A DNA stretch of 32,335 bases from Candidatus Nealsonbacteria bacterium (GTDB taxonomy: Bacteria > Patescibacteriota > Minisyncoccia > Minisyncoccales > PWPS01), in NCBI GenBank assembly GCA_003554915.1, contig PWHM01000058.1:1-32335 (forward strand), given 5' to 3'. A program made the position numbers and the translations under genes. This document shows positions 1-9,192 of the stretch, piece after piece (position 1 is the first letter of the stretch; each line of letters opens with the position of its first letter). A model generated the notes under the pieces. That model was not told the origin of the DNA, did no database searches, and saw only the letters and a program-made list of their open reading frames with translations.

Positions 1-105
1 CATTTTGAAGGAAAAGGATGGCCGAACTATAAGGTCACTATGCGGTTTTGGATTGTAGGAGTTATAGCGGCTATAGTCGGAGTTACAATAAGATTAATGG
101 GCTGA
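1..105 (+). CDS. mraY: Phospho-N-acetylmuramoyl-pentapeptide transferase MraY, C-terminal fragment (gene starts upstream of window)
   Basis: Frame 1 reads HFEGKGWPNYKVTMRFWIVGVIAAIVGVTIRLMG then TGA. The HFE..GW....V..RFWI pattern is the conserved MraY C-terminus. Position directly upstream of murD fits dcw cluster order. Confidence 0.6.
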   Translation, partial: HFEGKGWPNYKVTMRFWIVGVIAAIVGVTIRLMG

Positions 106-146
106 TTGGTAAAACCCATTGTTTTTATTAAATCTTTATTGACAAT

Positions 147-1391
147 ATGCTGAAAACCTTGAAAGAAAAATCAGTTTTAGTTCTCGGATTGGGAAGAGAG
201 GGGAGAGATACCTTGAAGTTTTTGAGAGAAAAATTTCCAAATAAAAAAATTGGAGTGGCGGATAAAGTTAAAAAAGAAATTGAAGATACTGATAATTTGG
301 ATTTACGATTCGGCTCGGACTATTTAGAAGCGGTTGAGGATTATGATGTTATAATAAAATCTCCCGGGATTCCCTATAAACTGGTCAAAGATTACGAAGG
401 GAAAAAGGCAATTACCGGGCAAACGGATATATTTTTAAAATTAGCAAAAGGGGAGGTGGTCGGAGTGACGGGAACCAAGGGCAAGAGCACGACATGTCGT
501 AATGTTTATGAAATTTTAAAGAAAAAACAAAACCGCCCGGTCCATTTGATAGGTAATATAGGACAGCCGGTTTTTGATTATTTGGATAAAGAAGGTATTT
601 TTATATATGAAATGTCAAGTTTTCAACTGCAGACGGTAACTACAAGCCCATCTATTGCCGTGTTGCTTAATGTCTTTGTAGATCATCTGGACCAACATGA
701 AACTTTTGCGGAATATCTTGAAAGCAAAAAGAACATTGCCCGATTCCAAAGTGATAAGGATAAATTAATTTACAACCGAGAAAATAAGCACGTTTTAAAA
801 ACTATCAAAGAGTCGAAAGCTAAAAAGATACCCTTTAATCCGAAAAGAAAAATTAAAAATTCTGCAGTTTACCTGGAACCGATATTGAAAATCTGTGAAC
901 TCTTCGATGTTTCCGAAAAGGAATGTGTGGAAGTTTTAAAATCAGTACCGAAATTGCCTCATAGATTGAAAAAAGTAGGGGGGTCTCAAGGTATTGATTT
1001 CTATAATGATTCCGCGGCGACAATTCCCGAGGCAGCTGCCGAAGCCATTAAAAATATAGATCATGTAGAAACCTTGATTACCGGTGGGGTTGACAAGGGG
1101 GGGGATTATCAAGTTTTGGCTAAGGAAATTTTGAAAAGCAAAATTGATAATTTACTTCTTTTTCCCGATACCGGCCAAAAAATAGAAGCGGAGCTGGAAA
1201 GCATAAGTGATAATCTACCTCGTATAATTTATTGTAAAAGTATGGAAGAAGCCGTTAAAAATGCTTACCGGTTAACCGTCGAAGGTGCAGTTTTGCTTTC
1301 TCCGGCGTCTTCAAGCTTCAATATGTTTAAAAGTTATAAGGACAGGGGAGAGAAATTTGCAAAATACGTGCAAAAATATGGCCAAACATAA
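147..1391 (+). CDS. murD: UDP-N-acetylmuramoyl-L-alanine--D-glutamate ligase (MurD)
   Basis: 414-aa ORF with an N-terminal GLGREG Rossmann-like motif and the Mur ligase P-loop GVTGTKGKSTT. Lies between mraY and ftsW. Confidence 0.9.
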   Translation: MLKTLKEKSVLVLGLGREGRDTLKFLREKFPNKKIGVADKVKKEIEDTDNLDLRFGSDYLEAVEDYDVIIKSPGIPYKLVKDYEGKKAITGQTDIFLKLAKGEVVGVTGTKGKSTTCRNVYEILKKKQNRPVHLIGNIGQPVFDYLDKEGIFIYEMSSFQLQTVTTSPSIAVLLNVFVDHLDQHETFAEYLESKKNIARFQSDKDKLIYNRENKHVLKTIKESKAKKIPFNPKRKIKNSAVYLEPILKICELFDVSEKECVEVLKSVPKLPHRLKKVGGSQGIDFYNDSAATIPEAAAEAIKNIDHVETLITGGVDKGGDYQVLAKEILKSKIDNLLLFPDTGQKIEAELESISDNLPRIIYCKSMEEAVKNAYRLTVEGAVLLSPASSSFNMFKSYKDRGEKFAKYVQKYGQT

Positions 1392-2496
1392 AGAAAAACC
1401 GGATTATATTCTTTTAATTTGTTCAGGACTGATAATTCTTCTGGGTTTTGTTATCTTTACCAGCGTCTCTATGGCCCGGGTTGCGGTAGTGGCGGAAGAA
1501 ATAGGGGAGTTGGATTTGGCTTATTTTCTTCTCAGGCAATTTTTATTCGGAGTTTTACCGGGGGTTCTCGTAGGATACTTGATGTACAAAATACCGTTAG
1601 AATTTATTAAAAAAATAGCTCCGGTACTGCTTTTAATAAGCTTGGGGTTGGTTGCTATGGTTTTTGTACCCGGGATCGGTATTTCTTTGAGGGGAGCCAG
1701 AAGGTGGTTGCAGCTGGGAGAGTTATCAATACAACCCGGTGAGCTTTTGAAACTCACTTTTATAATTTATTTGGCCAGTTGGCTCTCAAGCCGGAAGGAT
1801 ATCAAAAAAGAAAAACGCGTTTTCTCCGAGACCTTGATAGCTTTCGGGGTGGTTTGCGGATTAATAAGTGGACTGTTTCTATTACAACCGGATCTCAGTA
1901 CGCTGATTGTAATTATTGCAACCGGCTTCGTTATGTATGCGACTTACAGGACACCGTTTTTGCATATTTTGGCAATGGGGTTCGGGGGTGCAATAGCTCT
2001 TACCGGTTTCATCGCTCTTTCACCCTACAGGTTGGAAAGAGTTAAAGATCTGTTAAATTCGGGAGTTGATACGGAAGGCATTTCCTATCAAGCCCACCAA
2101 GCGTTTATTGCTATAGGGTCGGGTGGACTTTTCGGTTTGGGGTTCGGAATGGGACACCAAAGATATGGATTTTTACCGTTTGCAATGAGTGATTCGATTT
2201 TTGCAGCTTATGCGGAAGAGGCGGGTTTCATAGGAAGTGTTTTGTTAATCTTTTTATTTTTGGTTTTTATTTGGCGAGGATTAAAAATAGCCACGAAAAG
2301 CAAAGGGTCTTTTCCCGGGCTTATAGCGGTTGGAATAAGTTTTTGGATATTTTTTCAAGCCTTTATTCATATCGGTTCGATGACCGGAGTTCTTCCGGTT
2401 ACGGGTATTCCACTACCTCTTATCAGTTACGGGAGAACCCATTTTATAGCTGAATTGGCCGGGTTGGGGTTGCTTTTAAATATTTCTAAATTTTAA
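1378..2496 (+). CDS. ftsW: SEDS-family peptidoglycan glycosyltransferase FtsW/RodA
   Basis: Multi-pass membrane protein with FtsW/RodA-type C-terminal motifs (SDSIFA..AEE.GF, P.TG.PLP.ISYG). Start moved to ATG 1378 (MAKHKEKPDY...), which overlaps the murD stop. The tracked 1285 start lies inside murD. Confidence 0.85.
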   Translation: MAKHKEKPDYILLICSGLIILLGFVIFTSVSMARVAVVAEEIGELDLAYFLLRQFLFGVLPGVLVGYLMYKIPLEFIKKIAPVLLLISLGLVAMVFVPGIGISLRGARRWLQLGELSIQPGELLKLTFIIYLASWLSSRKDIKKEKRVFSETLIAFGVVCGLISGLFLLQPDLSTLIVIIATGFVMYATYRTPFLHILAMGFGGAIALTGFIALSPYRLERVKDLLNSGVDTEGISYQAHQAFIAIGSGGLFGLGFGMGHQRYGFLPFAMSDSIFAAYAEEAGFIGSVLLIFLFLVFIWRGLKIATKSKGSFPGLIAVGISFWIFFQAFIHIGSMTGVLPVTGIPLPLISYGRTHFIAELAGLGLLLNISKF

Positions 2497-2502
2497 AAAT
2501 TT

Positions 2503-3636
2503 ATGAAAAAGAAAAAAATAGTTTTTACGGGCGGCGGAACAGGAGGGCATGTCTTTCCTTTGGTTGCTGTAATTAGAAGTTTAAAAAAACAGTTTTCAGA
2601 AAGCGAAAGGTTGGAGATGTATTATATTGCTCCCAAAGATAATATTCCGGACTTTAATTTCACCCAGGAAGGCCTGAAAACCAAATATATATTTGCAGGG
2701 AAATTGAGAAGGTACATTGATCCGGTTTCGATAATCAAGAACGTCATTGATATAATCAAGGTTCCGATCGGAGTAATTCAATCAATCCTTCATCTCCTTG
2801 TAATTTCTCCGGATATGGTTTTTTCCAAGGGGGGATACGGTTCGGTCCCCGTAACTTTGGCGGCAAGTTTAATGCGAATCCCCGTGATTTTACATGAATC
2901 GGATGCTGCTCCGGGATTGGCGAATAAGATAGTCTCCGGGTTCGCAACGGAGGTTTTCGTTTCCTTCAACGATACCATCGGAGCCAATCCGGGAAAAAAA
3001 TTCGTGGTGGGAAACCCGATAAGAAAAGAGGCCATGAAAGGTTCGTCTGAAAAGGCGGTTACTCGTTTTAAGTTGACTAAAGGAAAACCCGTCCTCCTTA
3101 TCATGGGAGGTTCTCAAGGATCTGAAAGAATAAATGATACGATTTTAGCTATTTTAACCCAACTCTTGGAAAGTTTTGAAGTAATCCATCAATGCGGCCG
3201 AGAAAACATCGTAAGAATTAAAGAGGAAACTGAAACATTTTTGCCTGAAAATTTAAAAAAATATTATCACCCTTATTCCTTTTTTGATGAAGGGCAGTTA
3301 AGAGACGCTTACAAAGTGGCTGATTTGGTGATATCAAGAGCCGGTGCCGGTACTATCTTTGAAATTTTAGCAAATGAAAAACCGAGCATTTTGATTCCGC
3401 TTCCCGAAGCGGCCCAAGACCACCAAGCGGAAAATGCCTATAGAGTTGCGAGCATGGGGGCTGCGATAGTAATGGAGGAGAAAAATTTAACCCCTCATTT
3501 CTTTTTGGAAAAAGTTAAATCATTGTTTTTGGCCCCGTCTGAACTCAGGGAGATGAAGAAACATGCATCTTATTTTGCAAAACCGGATGCTGCTCGAGTT
3601 TTAGCTGCCTACATCAGAGAATTTTTAGTTCAATAA
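2503..3636 (+). CDS. murG: Undecaprenyldiphospho-muramoylpentapeptide beta-N-acetylglucosaminyltransferase (MurG)
   Basis: N-terminal GGGTGGHVFP motif, C-terminal GAGT..E and Q..NA motifs, dcw context. Confidence 0.9.
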   Translation: MKKKKIVFTGGGTGGHVFPLVAVIRSLKKQFSESERLEMYYIAPKDNIPDFNFTQEGLKTKYIFAGKLRRYIDPVSIIKNVIDIIKVPIGVIQSILHLLVISPDMVFSKGGYGSVPVTLAASLMRIPVILHESDAAPGLANKIVSGFATEVFVSFNDTIGANPGKKFVVGNPIRKEAMKGSSEKAVTRFKLTKGKPVLLIMGGSQGSERINDTILAILTQLLESFEVIHQCGRENIVRIKEETETFLPENLKKYYHPYSFFDEGQLRDAYKVADLVISRAGAGTIFEILANEKPSILIPLPEAAQDHQAENAYRVASMGAAIVMEEKNLTPHFFLEKVKSLFLAPSELREMKKHASYFAKPDAARVLAAYIREFLVQ

Positions 3637-3648
3637 TTTTATTGTTTT

Positions 3649-5169
3649 ATGAAAAAAAGAGTAAGATTCGCCCCATCACCAACCGGCTTTCTTCACGTCG
3701 GGTCGGCTAAAATAGCCCTTATAAATTACTTGTTCGCTTCCAAGTCCGGAGGAGATTTTGTTTTACGAATCGAAGATACTGATATAGAAAGATCAAAACA
3801 AGAGTATGAAGAAAGTATTTTGGAAAGTTTGGATTGGCTGGGTCTCGAGTATGATGAAGGTCCGGACAAAAAAGGAAATTTTGGTCCCTACAGGCAAAGT
3901 AAAAGATTGGAAATTTATGAGAAATATATTAAAAAACTAATTGAAACCGGTGCCGCTTATCCGTGCTTTTGCTCGGAGGAAGAGTTAAAGAAAGAGAAGG
4001 AAAAATGCGTTGAAAAAGGTGAGGCACCTAAATATTCCGGAAAGTGTAGAAAAATTTCTGATCAGAAAAGAAGAGAAAAGCTAAAAAAGGGGGACGATTA
4101 TGTTATCAGAATGAAGGTTGATGATGAGGGAGAGATTAAATTTGAAGATATGATCAGGGGAGAAGTGGTTTTCGATAAAAAAGAGATAGGTGATTTTGTT
4201 TTGGCAAAAAACAAGAAAAAACCTCTTTATAATTTGGCATGTGCGATTGATGACCATGAAATGAAAATGAGCCACGTAATTAGGGGGGAGGACCATATTT
4301 CAAATACGCCGAAACAAATCTTGATTCAAAAGGCTTTAGGTTTTGATCAAGTAAAATATGGACATTTACCTCTGATTTTAGCTTCGGACAAATCGAAACT
4401 TTCAAAAAGACACGGAGCAGTAGCAGTCTCGGAATATAAAAAACAAGGATTTTTACCCGAAGCATTGGTTAACTTTTTAGTTTTACTTGGCTGGAGTCCG
4501 GGGGACGACAGGGAGTTTTTCACGATCGAAGAACTTAAAAAAGAGTTTTCTATTGACAGATGCAAAAAGTCAGGTGCTGTTTTTAACAAAAAAAAGCTGG
4601 AGTATATAAACAGCCTACACATCAAAGAGGCGAGGCCGGAAAGATTAGCTAAGCTTCTGGTTACTTATTTGATTCAAGAGGATCTTTTAAACCCCAAGCA
4701 AAGCCTTGAAGAATATCCTCCGGCGATGGGTGCCAAGGGACTAAAAACAAGTTATAAAACCAAAGACGGTAGGGATTTCAGCTTCGATCAAATTATAGGG
4801 ATTGCCAAGGAGCACCAAGACAGAATCAAAACGCTTCCCGAAATAACCGAGGTGGCGGATTATTTTTTCGAGACAATCGAAGCTGATTTCAGTTTACTTC
4901 AATGGAAAGACATGACCGAAGATGAGGTTGCTGATTGCATTGACAAGTCAATAAATATATTATCTGATATAAAAACCTGGGATAAGAAGCAGGTTAGCAA
5001 GTCTCTTTTGGAAAAAGCGAACGAATACGGCGACCGAGGGCGATTTCTATGGCCTCTTAGAGCCGCTCTAACGGGAAGAAAGAATTCAGCCGGACCATTT
5101 GAGGTGGCATACCTCCTGGGTAGGGGGGAGGCGATAAAAAGACTAAAGCAGGCAAAAGAAATTTTATGA
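3649..5169 (+). CDS. gltX: Glutamate--tRNA ligase
   Basis: Class I aaRS signatures RFAPSPTGFLHVGSA (HIGH) and KLSKRHG (KMSKS), plus the GlxRS core motif IRGEDHISNTPKQ. Confidence 0.92.
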   Translation: MKKRVRFAPSPTGFLHVGSAKIALINYLFASKSGGDFVLRIEDTDIERSKQEYEESILESLDWLGLEYDEGPDKKGNFGPYRQSKRLEIYEKYIKKLIETGAAYPCFCSEEELKKEKEKCVEKGEAPKYSGKCRKISDQKRREKLKKGDDYVIRMKVDDEGEIKFEDMIRGEVVFDKKEIGDFVLAKNKKKPLYNLACAIDDHEMKMSHVIRGEDHISNTPKQILIQKALGFDQVKYGHLPLILASDKSKLSKRHGAVAVSEYKKQGFLPEALVNFLVLLGWSPGDDREFFTIEELKKEFSIDRCKKSGAVFNKKKLEYINSLHIKEARPERLAKLLVTYLIQEDLLNPKQSLEEYPPAMGAKGLKTSYKTKDGRDFSFDQIIGIAKEHQDRIKTLPEITEVADYFFETIEADFSLLQWKDMTEDEVADCIDKSINILSDIKTWDKKQVSKSLLEKANEYGDRGRFLWPLRAALTGRKNSAGPFEVAYLLGRGEAIKRLKQAKEIL

Positions 5170-5510
5170 AAAAATTTTTTATTTTTCTTTTAATATTTAT
5201 TTTTATTTTTTCTATCCCGGTTGTTTTTGGAGAGGAGGAGATGGAATCAGATCAAGAAAAAAATTTCGTTTCCCGAATAGTGGAGAGCATTTATGATTTT
5301 TTTAATTTTATCCGGAGGAAGACTCAAGACGGAATTAATTTTATCGTGGAAAAGATTGAAAGACGTCAAAGAATAATTGAAGAACAAGTTGAAGAAAGAA
5401 AAGAAGAATTAATCGGAAGGATCAGTCAAAGGATTGATGAGGTGATCGGTTCAATAGTTAGAAGTGCCTGGGAGTCGATAAAGAGCCCCTTTACGGAAAC
5501 AGGGGATTGA
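5166..5510 (+). CDS. Hypothetical small secreted or membrane-anchored protein
   Basis: ATGA overlap with the gltX stop. N-terminal hydrophobic signal-like segment (FFIFLLIFIFIFSIPVVFG), then a charged helical region. No family recognised. Confidence 0.5.
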   Translation: MKKFFIFLLIFIFIFSIPVVFGEEEMESDQEKNFVSRIVESIYDFFNFIRRKTQDGINFIVEKIERRQRIIEEQVEERKEELIGRISQRIDEVIGSIVRSAWESIKSPFTETGD

Positions 5511-5535
5511 CAATAGTGGACTTGTTGTATATTAT
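5507..5535 (+). promoter_or_regulatory. Putative sigma70-type promoter for the xer gene (TTGACA-17-TATTAT)
   Basis: TTGACA at 5507-5512, a 17-nt spacer, TATTAT at 5530-5535. About 75 nt upstream of the xer ATG. Read by eye in AT-rich DNA. Confidence 0.4.
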
Positions 5536-5547
5536 TATAAATAAGAA

Positions 5548-5575
5548 ACTTCGCATAATGTAACTTTACCGAAGT
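5548..5575. other. dif-like 28-bp site (11-bp arm, 6-bp centre, 11-bp arm): ACTTCGCATAA TGTAAC TTTACCGAAGT
   Basis: The outer 6 bp of the arms are perfect inverted repeats (ACTTCG / CGAAGT). Left arm plus centre resemble the E. coli dif XerC half (..GCGCATAA TGTATA.., from memory). Lies 34 bp upstream of the Xer-family recombinase ORF. Confidence 0.35.
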
Positions 5576-5609
5576 TTAAGAACAAAAAATAGGCACCTTT
5601 ACCTAACCT

Positions 5610-6584
5610 ATGAAAAAATCAAAAAAAACCATATTGGACCATTTCCAAGAATTTTTCCAGTATTTGGATATTGAGAAAGGACTCTCACCCGGCAGCCAAG
5701 AAACTTATCAACGCTTCCTCTCCCGCTTTTCCGAATGGCTCGAAAATTCCGATAATTCTGATTTACTTCCCCATGAGCTTACGGATCAACATATTTGGGA
5801 TTATCGGGTTTATCTTTCAAAACGAAAAAATCATAAAAATCAACCGATAAGCAAAAAAACTCGAAATTATTATTTGATCGCAGTAAGAAACCTTCTTAAT
5901 TTCTTTGCTGATCGAGATATCGAGGCTCTCCCTGCTGAAAAAGTTAAATTAACCAAACAGGACGGTGATAATTCCTTGAATTTTTTAAAATTGGATCAAA
6001 TCCAAAAACTACTTAATGCTCCGGACAATAAAAAAAGAACCGGCATTAGAGACGGGGCAATACTCGAAACTCTATTTTCAACCGGTCTAAGAGTCGCTGA
6101 GCTGGTCGGTTTGGATCGTGATCAAATAAATATTAAAGAAAATACCGAAGATCTGGAAGTTGTAGTTACCGGTAAGGGTGACAGAACTCGGACAGTTTAT
6201 TTTTCTCCCCGAGCGGTTCAAGCATTGCGGAATTATTTGTCCATCCGTGAAGATGATTTGGATCCGCTTTTTATAAGATATCGTGGACCCAAAACCGGTG
6301 ATCGCAGAATTTCCACCAGATCCGTAGAAAATATCGTTAAGAAATATGTAAAGAAAACCGGCTTGCCGAAAACTACCACACCGCATACCTTACGTCATAG
6401 TTACGCCACGGATCTTTTGGCGCAAGGTGTGGATCTCAGAGTTATCCAAGAATTTTTGGGACACAAAAATATTGCCACCACTCAGATTTACACCCACATC
6501 ACCAGCAAAAAATTGCGCGAGATTCATAAAAAGTATCATAGCGGCCAAAATCTTGAAAATAATAAGAAAAACGATGAGGCGTAA
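5610..6584 (+). CDS. Tyrosine site-specific recombinase, XerC/XerD family
   Basis: N-terminal SAM-like core-binding domain. Catalytic-domain motifs TGLRVAEL (Arg), HTLRHSYATDLL (His-x-x-Arg) and LGHKNIATTQIYTH (His/Tyr nucleophile) are all intact. Confidence 0.85.
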   Translation: MKKSKKTILDHFQEFFQYLDIEKGLSPGSQETYQRFLSRFSEWLENSDNSDLLPHELTDQHIWDYRVYLSKRKNHKNQPISKKTRNYYLIAVRNLLNFFADRDIEALPAEKVKLTKQDGDNSLNFLKLDQIQKLLNAPDNKKRTGIRDGAILETLFSTGLRVAELVGLDRDQINIKENTEDLEVVVTGKGDRTRTVYFSPRAVQALRNYLSIREDDLDPLFIRYRGPKTGDRRISTRSVENIVKKYVKKTGLPKTTTPHTLRHSYATDLLAQGVDLRVIQEFLGHKNIATTQIYTHITSKKLREIHKKYHSGQNLENNKKNDEA

Positions 6585-6656
6585 CCCATCTTTTGTATAA
6601 AAATCGCTCTAAGCGGCTATGAAGCCCCCTTATTCTTAAACTTTTTGATTTTTGAG

Positions 6657-6851
6657 TTAAAAGTCCCCTATTTCAGTTATTTTTGAAAAATCTTCAATTT
6701 CTATCGGTTTTTGCTCCTCCAAGTCCCTGGAAATCCATCCGATCATATAAAAAAGCAGTGCCACTAAAATTATTATTATCAACCAATAAAAAGAGTCGGA
6801 TTTTTGATTGACATTTTTACTTATTTCTGTTAGTATAGACTTAGGTTTCAT
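6657..6851 (-). CDS. Doubtful 64-aa single-pass membrane ORF
   Basis: One hydrophobic segment ([20 protein letters not shown]). No Shine-Dalgarno sequence. The predicted rpmA promoter lies inside it on the other strand. Confidence 0.3.
   Translation of the reverse strand: MKPKSILTEISKNVNQKSDSFYWLIIIILVALLFYMIGWISRDLEEQKPIEIEDFSKITEIGDF
6808..6836 (+). promoter_or_regulatory. Putative promoter for rpmA (TTGACA-17-TAGTAT)
   Basis: TTGACA at 6808-6813, a 17-nt spacer, TAGTAT at 6831-6836. About 30 nt upstream of the rpmA ATG. Confidence 0.45.
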
Positions 6852-6866
6852 AATTCAATTAATAAA

Positions 6867-7139
6867 ATGGCAACTACAAAATCATCCGGAACAACAAGAC
6901 TGGGACGTGATTCCAAACCCAAATATTTAGGGGTTAAACTTTTCGGTGGACAAAATGCAAAACCGGGATCCATTATCGTCAGGCAAAGAGGAACTAATTT
7001 CGTTCCCGGAAAAAATGTTCGATGCGGAAGGGATGACACTCTTTATGCAACAAAAGAAGGAATCGTTGAATTTCAAACAAAAGTCAAGAAAAATTTTGAC
7101 GGAAAAAGGAAAAAGGTAAAAAAGGTTAATGTTCTTTAG
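6867..7139 (+). CDS. rpmA: 50S ribosomal protein L27
   Basis: [27 protein letters not shown]....[10 protein letters not shown] matches the canonical L27 N-terminus and core. Confidence 0.93.
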   Translation: MATTKSSGTTRLGRDSKPKYLGVKLFGGQNAKPGSIIVRQRGTNFVPGKNVRCGRDDTLYATKEGIVEFQTKVKKNFDGKRKKVKKVNVL

Positions 7140-8745
7140 CCGCTTTTAAAAATCCTTTGAAAAGTGGATGAGGCTTAAGCGGTCCGGACTTAAACTCCGG
7201 ATGAAACTGAGTTCCAATAAAGAACGGATGATCTTTAAGCTCGATAATTTCAGTTAGATCACTTTCGGGATTTATTCCGGCTAATACGAGGCCGGATTTT
7301 TTTAATTCTTTCTCGTAATCATTATTTAATTCGTATCTGTGCCTATGTCGTTCTTTTATTTTTGTTTCTTTGTAAAGCTTATAAGAAGCGGTTTTTTTAT
7401 TTAATTTACAAATATAGTTTCCCAATCTCATAGTTCCTCCGAATGCACTTTCCTTTACTAACCTCTTTTGCTCTTCCATGAGGTCTATTACCGGCTCTTG
7501 ACAACTTTCATTAAATTCAGTAGAATTTGCATTTTTCAGCCCCACAACGTTTCTTGCAAACTCGATTACTGACAACTGCATTCCCAAGCAAAGCCCCAAG
7601 AAAGGGATCTTTTTTTCTCTACAGTATTTTATGGTTTTAATTTTTCCTTTCACTCCCCTACTTCCGAATCCACCCGGGACAATTATTCCGTCATAATTTT
7701 TTATTTCCGCTACTTTTTCCCGGTTTTTTTCATAATCTTCGGCAAAAATCCAGTCTATTTCAATATTAGTTTTTAAGCTCCAGGAGGCATGACGAAGTGC
7801 TTCGATTACTGAAATATATGAATCGGTTAAAGTGAAGTTGCCCGTTTCAAAGTATTTACCGACTATTCCAATTTTTACCGTTCCCTTCCTACCCTCTCTT
7901 CGTTCAAGCATTTTTCTCCAATCGGAAAGATCTTTTTTTCTCTTTTCTATTCCGAATTTTTTCAGTATCTTTTCTCCCAAATTCTCTTTTTGAAAATTAA
8001 CCGGAATGGTGTATATTGACTTAACATCGGGGGCGGAAATTACAAACTCTTTATCTATATTACAGAAATTGGATATTTTTTCTCTTCTCGGTTTGTCCAA
8101 AGGAGCTTCAGCTCTTCCCAGAATTATATCCGGTTGGATTCCGGCTTCATTTAATCTTCTGGATGCATTTTGGGTTGGTTTTGTCTTCATCTCCCCTATT
8201 GTTTTCGGAGTTGGAAGATAGCTAACCAATATAAAAAGAACCCGGTTTGGGTTTTTCAGTTTCATCATTCTGGCAGCTTCCAGAAAAAGAAGATTTTGAT
8301 ATTCTCCTATGGTTCCACCTATTTCTATAAGGGTGAAATCAGCTTTGTCTTTTTTTGCCGCTTCTTTTATTCTTCTTATCGTTTCGTTGGGTATGTCGGG
8401 AACTACTTCTACACATTTCCCATCGTATTCCAAGTTGCGTTCTTTTTCAATAACGTGTTTATATACTTTGCCCGTGGTTATATAATTTTTTTTAGTAAAC
8501 TCTTTTCCTAAAAATCTTTCATAATTGCCTATGTCTTGATCACATTCACTTCCGTCCTTGGTTACGAAGACTTCTCCGTGCTCTACCGGGTTCATTGTTC
8601 CCGCGTCAACGTTTACGTAGGGATCTATTTTAACGGCTGTCACCTCGAACCCCTTTCCTTTTAAAATCTTACCTATGGACGCGGTTGAAACTCCTTTTCC
8701 TATACCGGACATTACTCCCCCGGCAACGAATATATATCTTTTCAT
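7126..8745 (-). CDS. pyrG: CTP synthase
   Basis: 539 aa. N-terminal synthetase motif GGV.SG.GKG and a C-terminal glutamine amidotransferase domain with the catalytic GLCLGMQ and HPEF motifs. Confidence 0.95.
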   Translation of the reverse strand: MKRYIFVAGGVMSGIGKGVSTASIGKILKGKGFEVTAVKIDPYVNVDAGTMNPVEHGEVFVTKDGSECDQDIGNYERFLGKEFTKKNYITTGKVYKHVIEKERNLEYDGKCVEVVPDIPNETIRRIKEAAKKDKADFTLIEIGGTIGEYQNLLFLEAARMMKLKNPNRVLFILVSYLPTPKTIGEMKTKPTQNASRRLNEAGIQPDIILGRAEAPLDKPRREKISNFCNIDKEFVISAPDVKSIYTIPVNFQKENLGEKILKKFGIEKRKKDLSDWRKMLERREGRKGTVKIGIVGKYFETGNFTLTDSYISVIEALRHASWSLKTNIEIDWIFAEDYEKNREKVAEIKNYDGIIVPGGFGSRGVKGKIKTIKYCREKKIPFLGLCLGMQLSVIEFARNVVGLKNANSTEFNESCQEPVIDLMEEQKRLVKESAFGGTMRLGNYICKLNKKTASYKLYKETKIKERHRHRYELNNDYEKELKKSGLVLAGINPESDLTEIIELKDHPFFIGTQFHPEFKSGPLKPHPLFKGFLKAAKEH

Positions 8746-9188
8746 TTACTTTCTTCTATTTTTATTTTTATATTGGTTTTTAAGTCGTGGTTAAATTGAA
8801 GCTCCACTTCTTTTTCGGTAAGTTGCTTTATCGGCTTATCCAACTTGACTTGTTTTTCCGAAACGTCGTAACCTTCCTTTTTTATTTTTTCACTTATTTT
8901 TTCGGAATTGATTGATTCGAAAAGTTGATTTTTTTCTCCTACTTTTGTTTCAATAATGAACTCTTTATCTTCCAGCTCGGAGATAAGTTTTTCAATTTCC
9001 TCTTTTTTCTTTTTCCTCTTTTTCTTCTCTTTCTCTTCCTTTTTCTTTAAAGCTTTAAGGTTTCCGTCGGTAGCGAGTTCAGCTTTTTTTTGAGGAAGAA
9101 GGAAGTTCTTCGCATATCCGTCGGCAACCTCTATCACTTCATATTTTTTTCCCAGTTTTTTTATATTTTCAAGTAATATAACTTTCAT
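8742..9188 (-). CDS. rplI: 50S ribosomal protein L9
   Basis: MKVILLENIKKLGKKYEVIEVADGYAKNFLLPQKKA matches the conserved L9 N-domain. ATGA overlap with the pyrG start. Confidence 0.9.
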   Translation of the reverse strand: MKVILLENIKKLGKKYEVIEVADGYAKNFLLPQKKAELATDGNLKALKKKEEKEKKKRKKKKEEIEKLISELEDKEFIIETKVGEKNQLFESINSEKISEKIKKEGYDVSEKQVKLDKPIKQLTEKEVELQFNHDLKTNIKIKIEESK

Positions 9189-9192
9189 AATT

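Noticed and set aside
1285-1377. N-terminal extensions given by the ORF track: ftsW from 1285, the 115-aa ORF from 21366, NIF3 from 28992, pullulanase from 30922, the 87-aa ORF from 31332.
   Set aside because: The extensions overlap upstream genes or lack ribosome-binding sites. Internal ATGs follow strong GGAGG-type SD sequences or match family N-termini. Downstream starts were preferred.
6585-6656. Terminator between the xer gene and the convergent small ORF.
   Set aside because: Only a 4-bp CGCT/AGCG stem is present, with no U-tract. That is not supportable.
6657-6851. 64-aa membrane ORF treated as a confident gene.
   Set aside because: It has no SD sequence, and its hydrophobic I/L/F-rich composition is what AT-rich non-coding DNA produces. 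A good rpmA promoter (TTGACA-17-TAGTAT) lies inside it on the opposite strand. It is listed only at low confidence.
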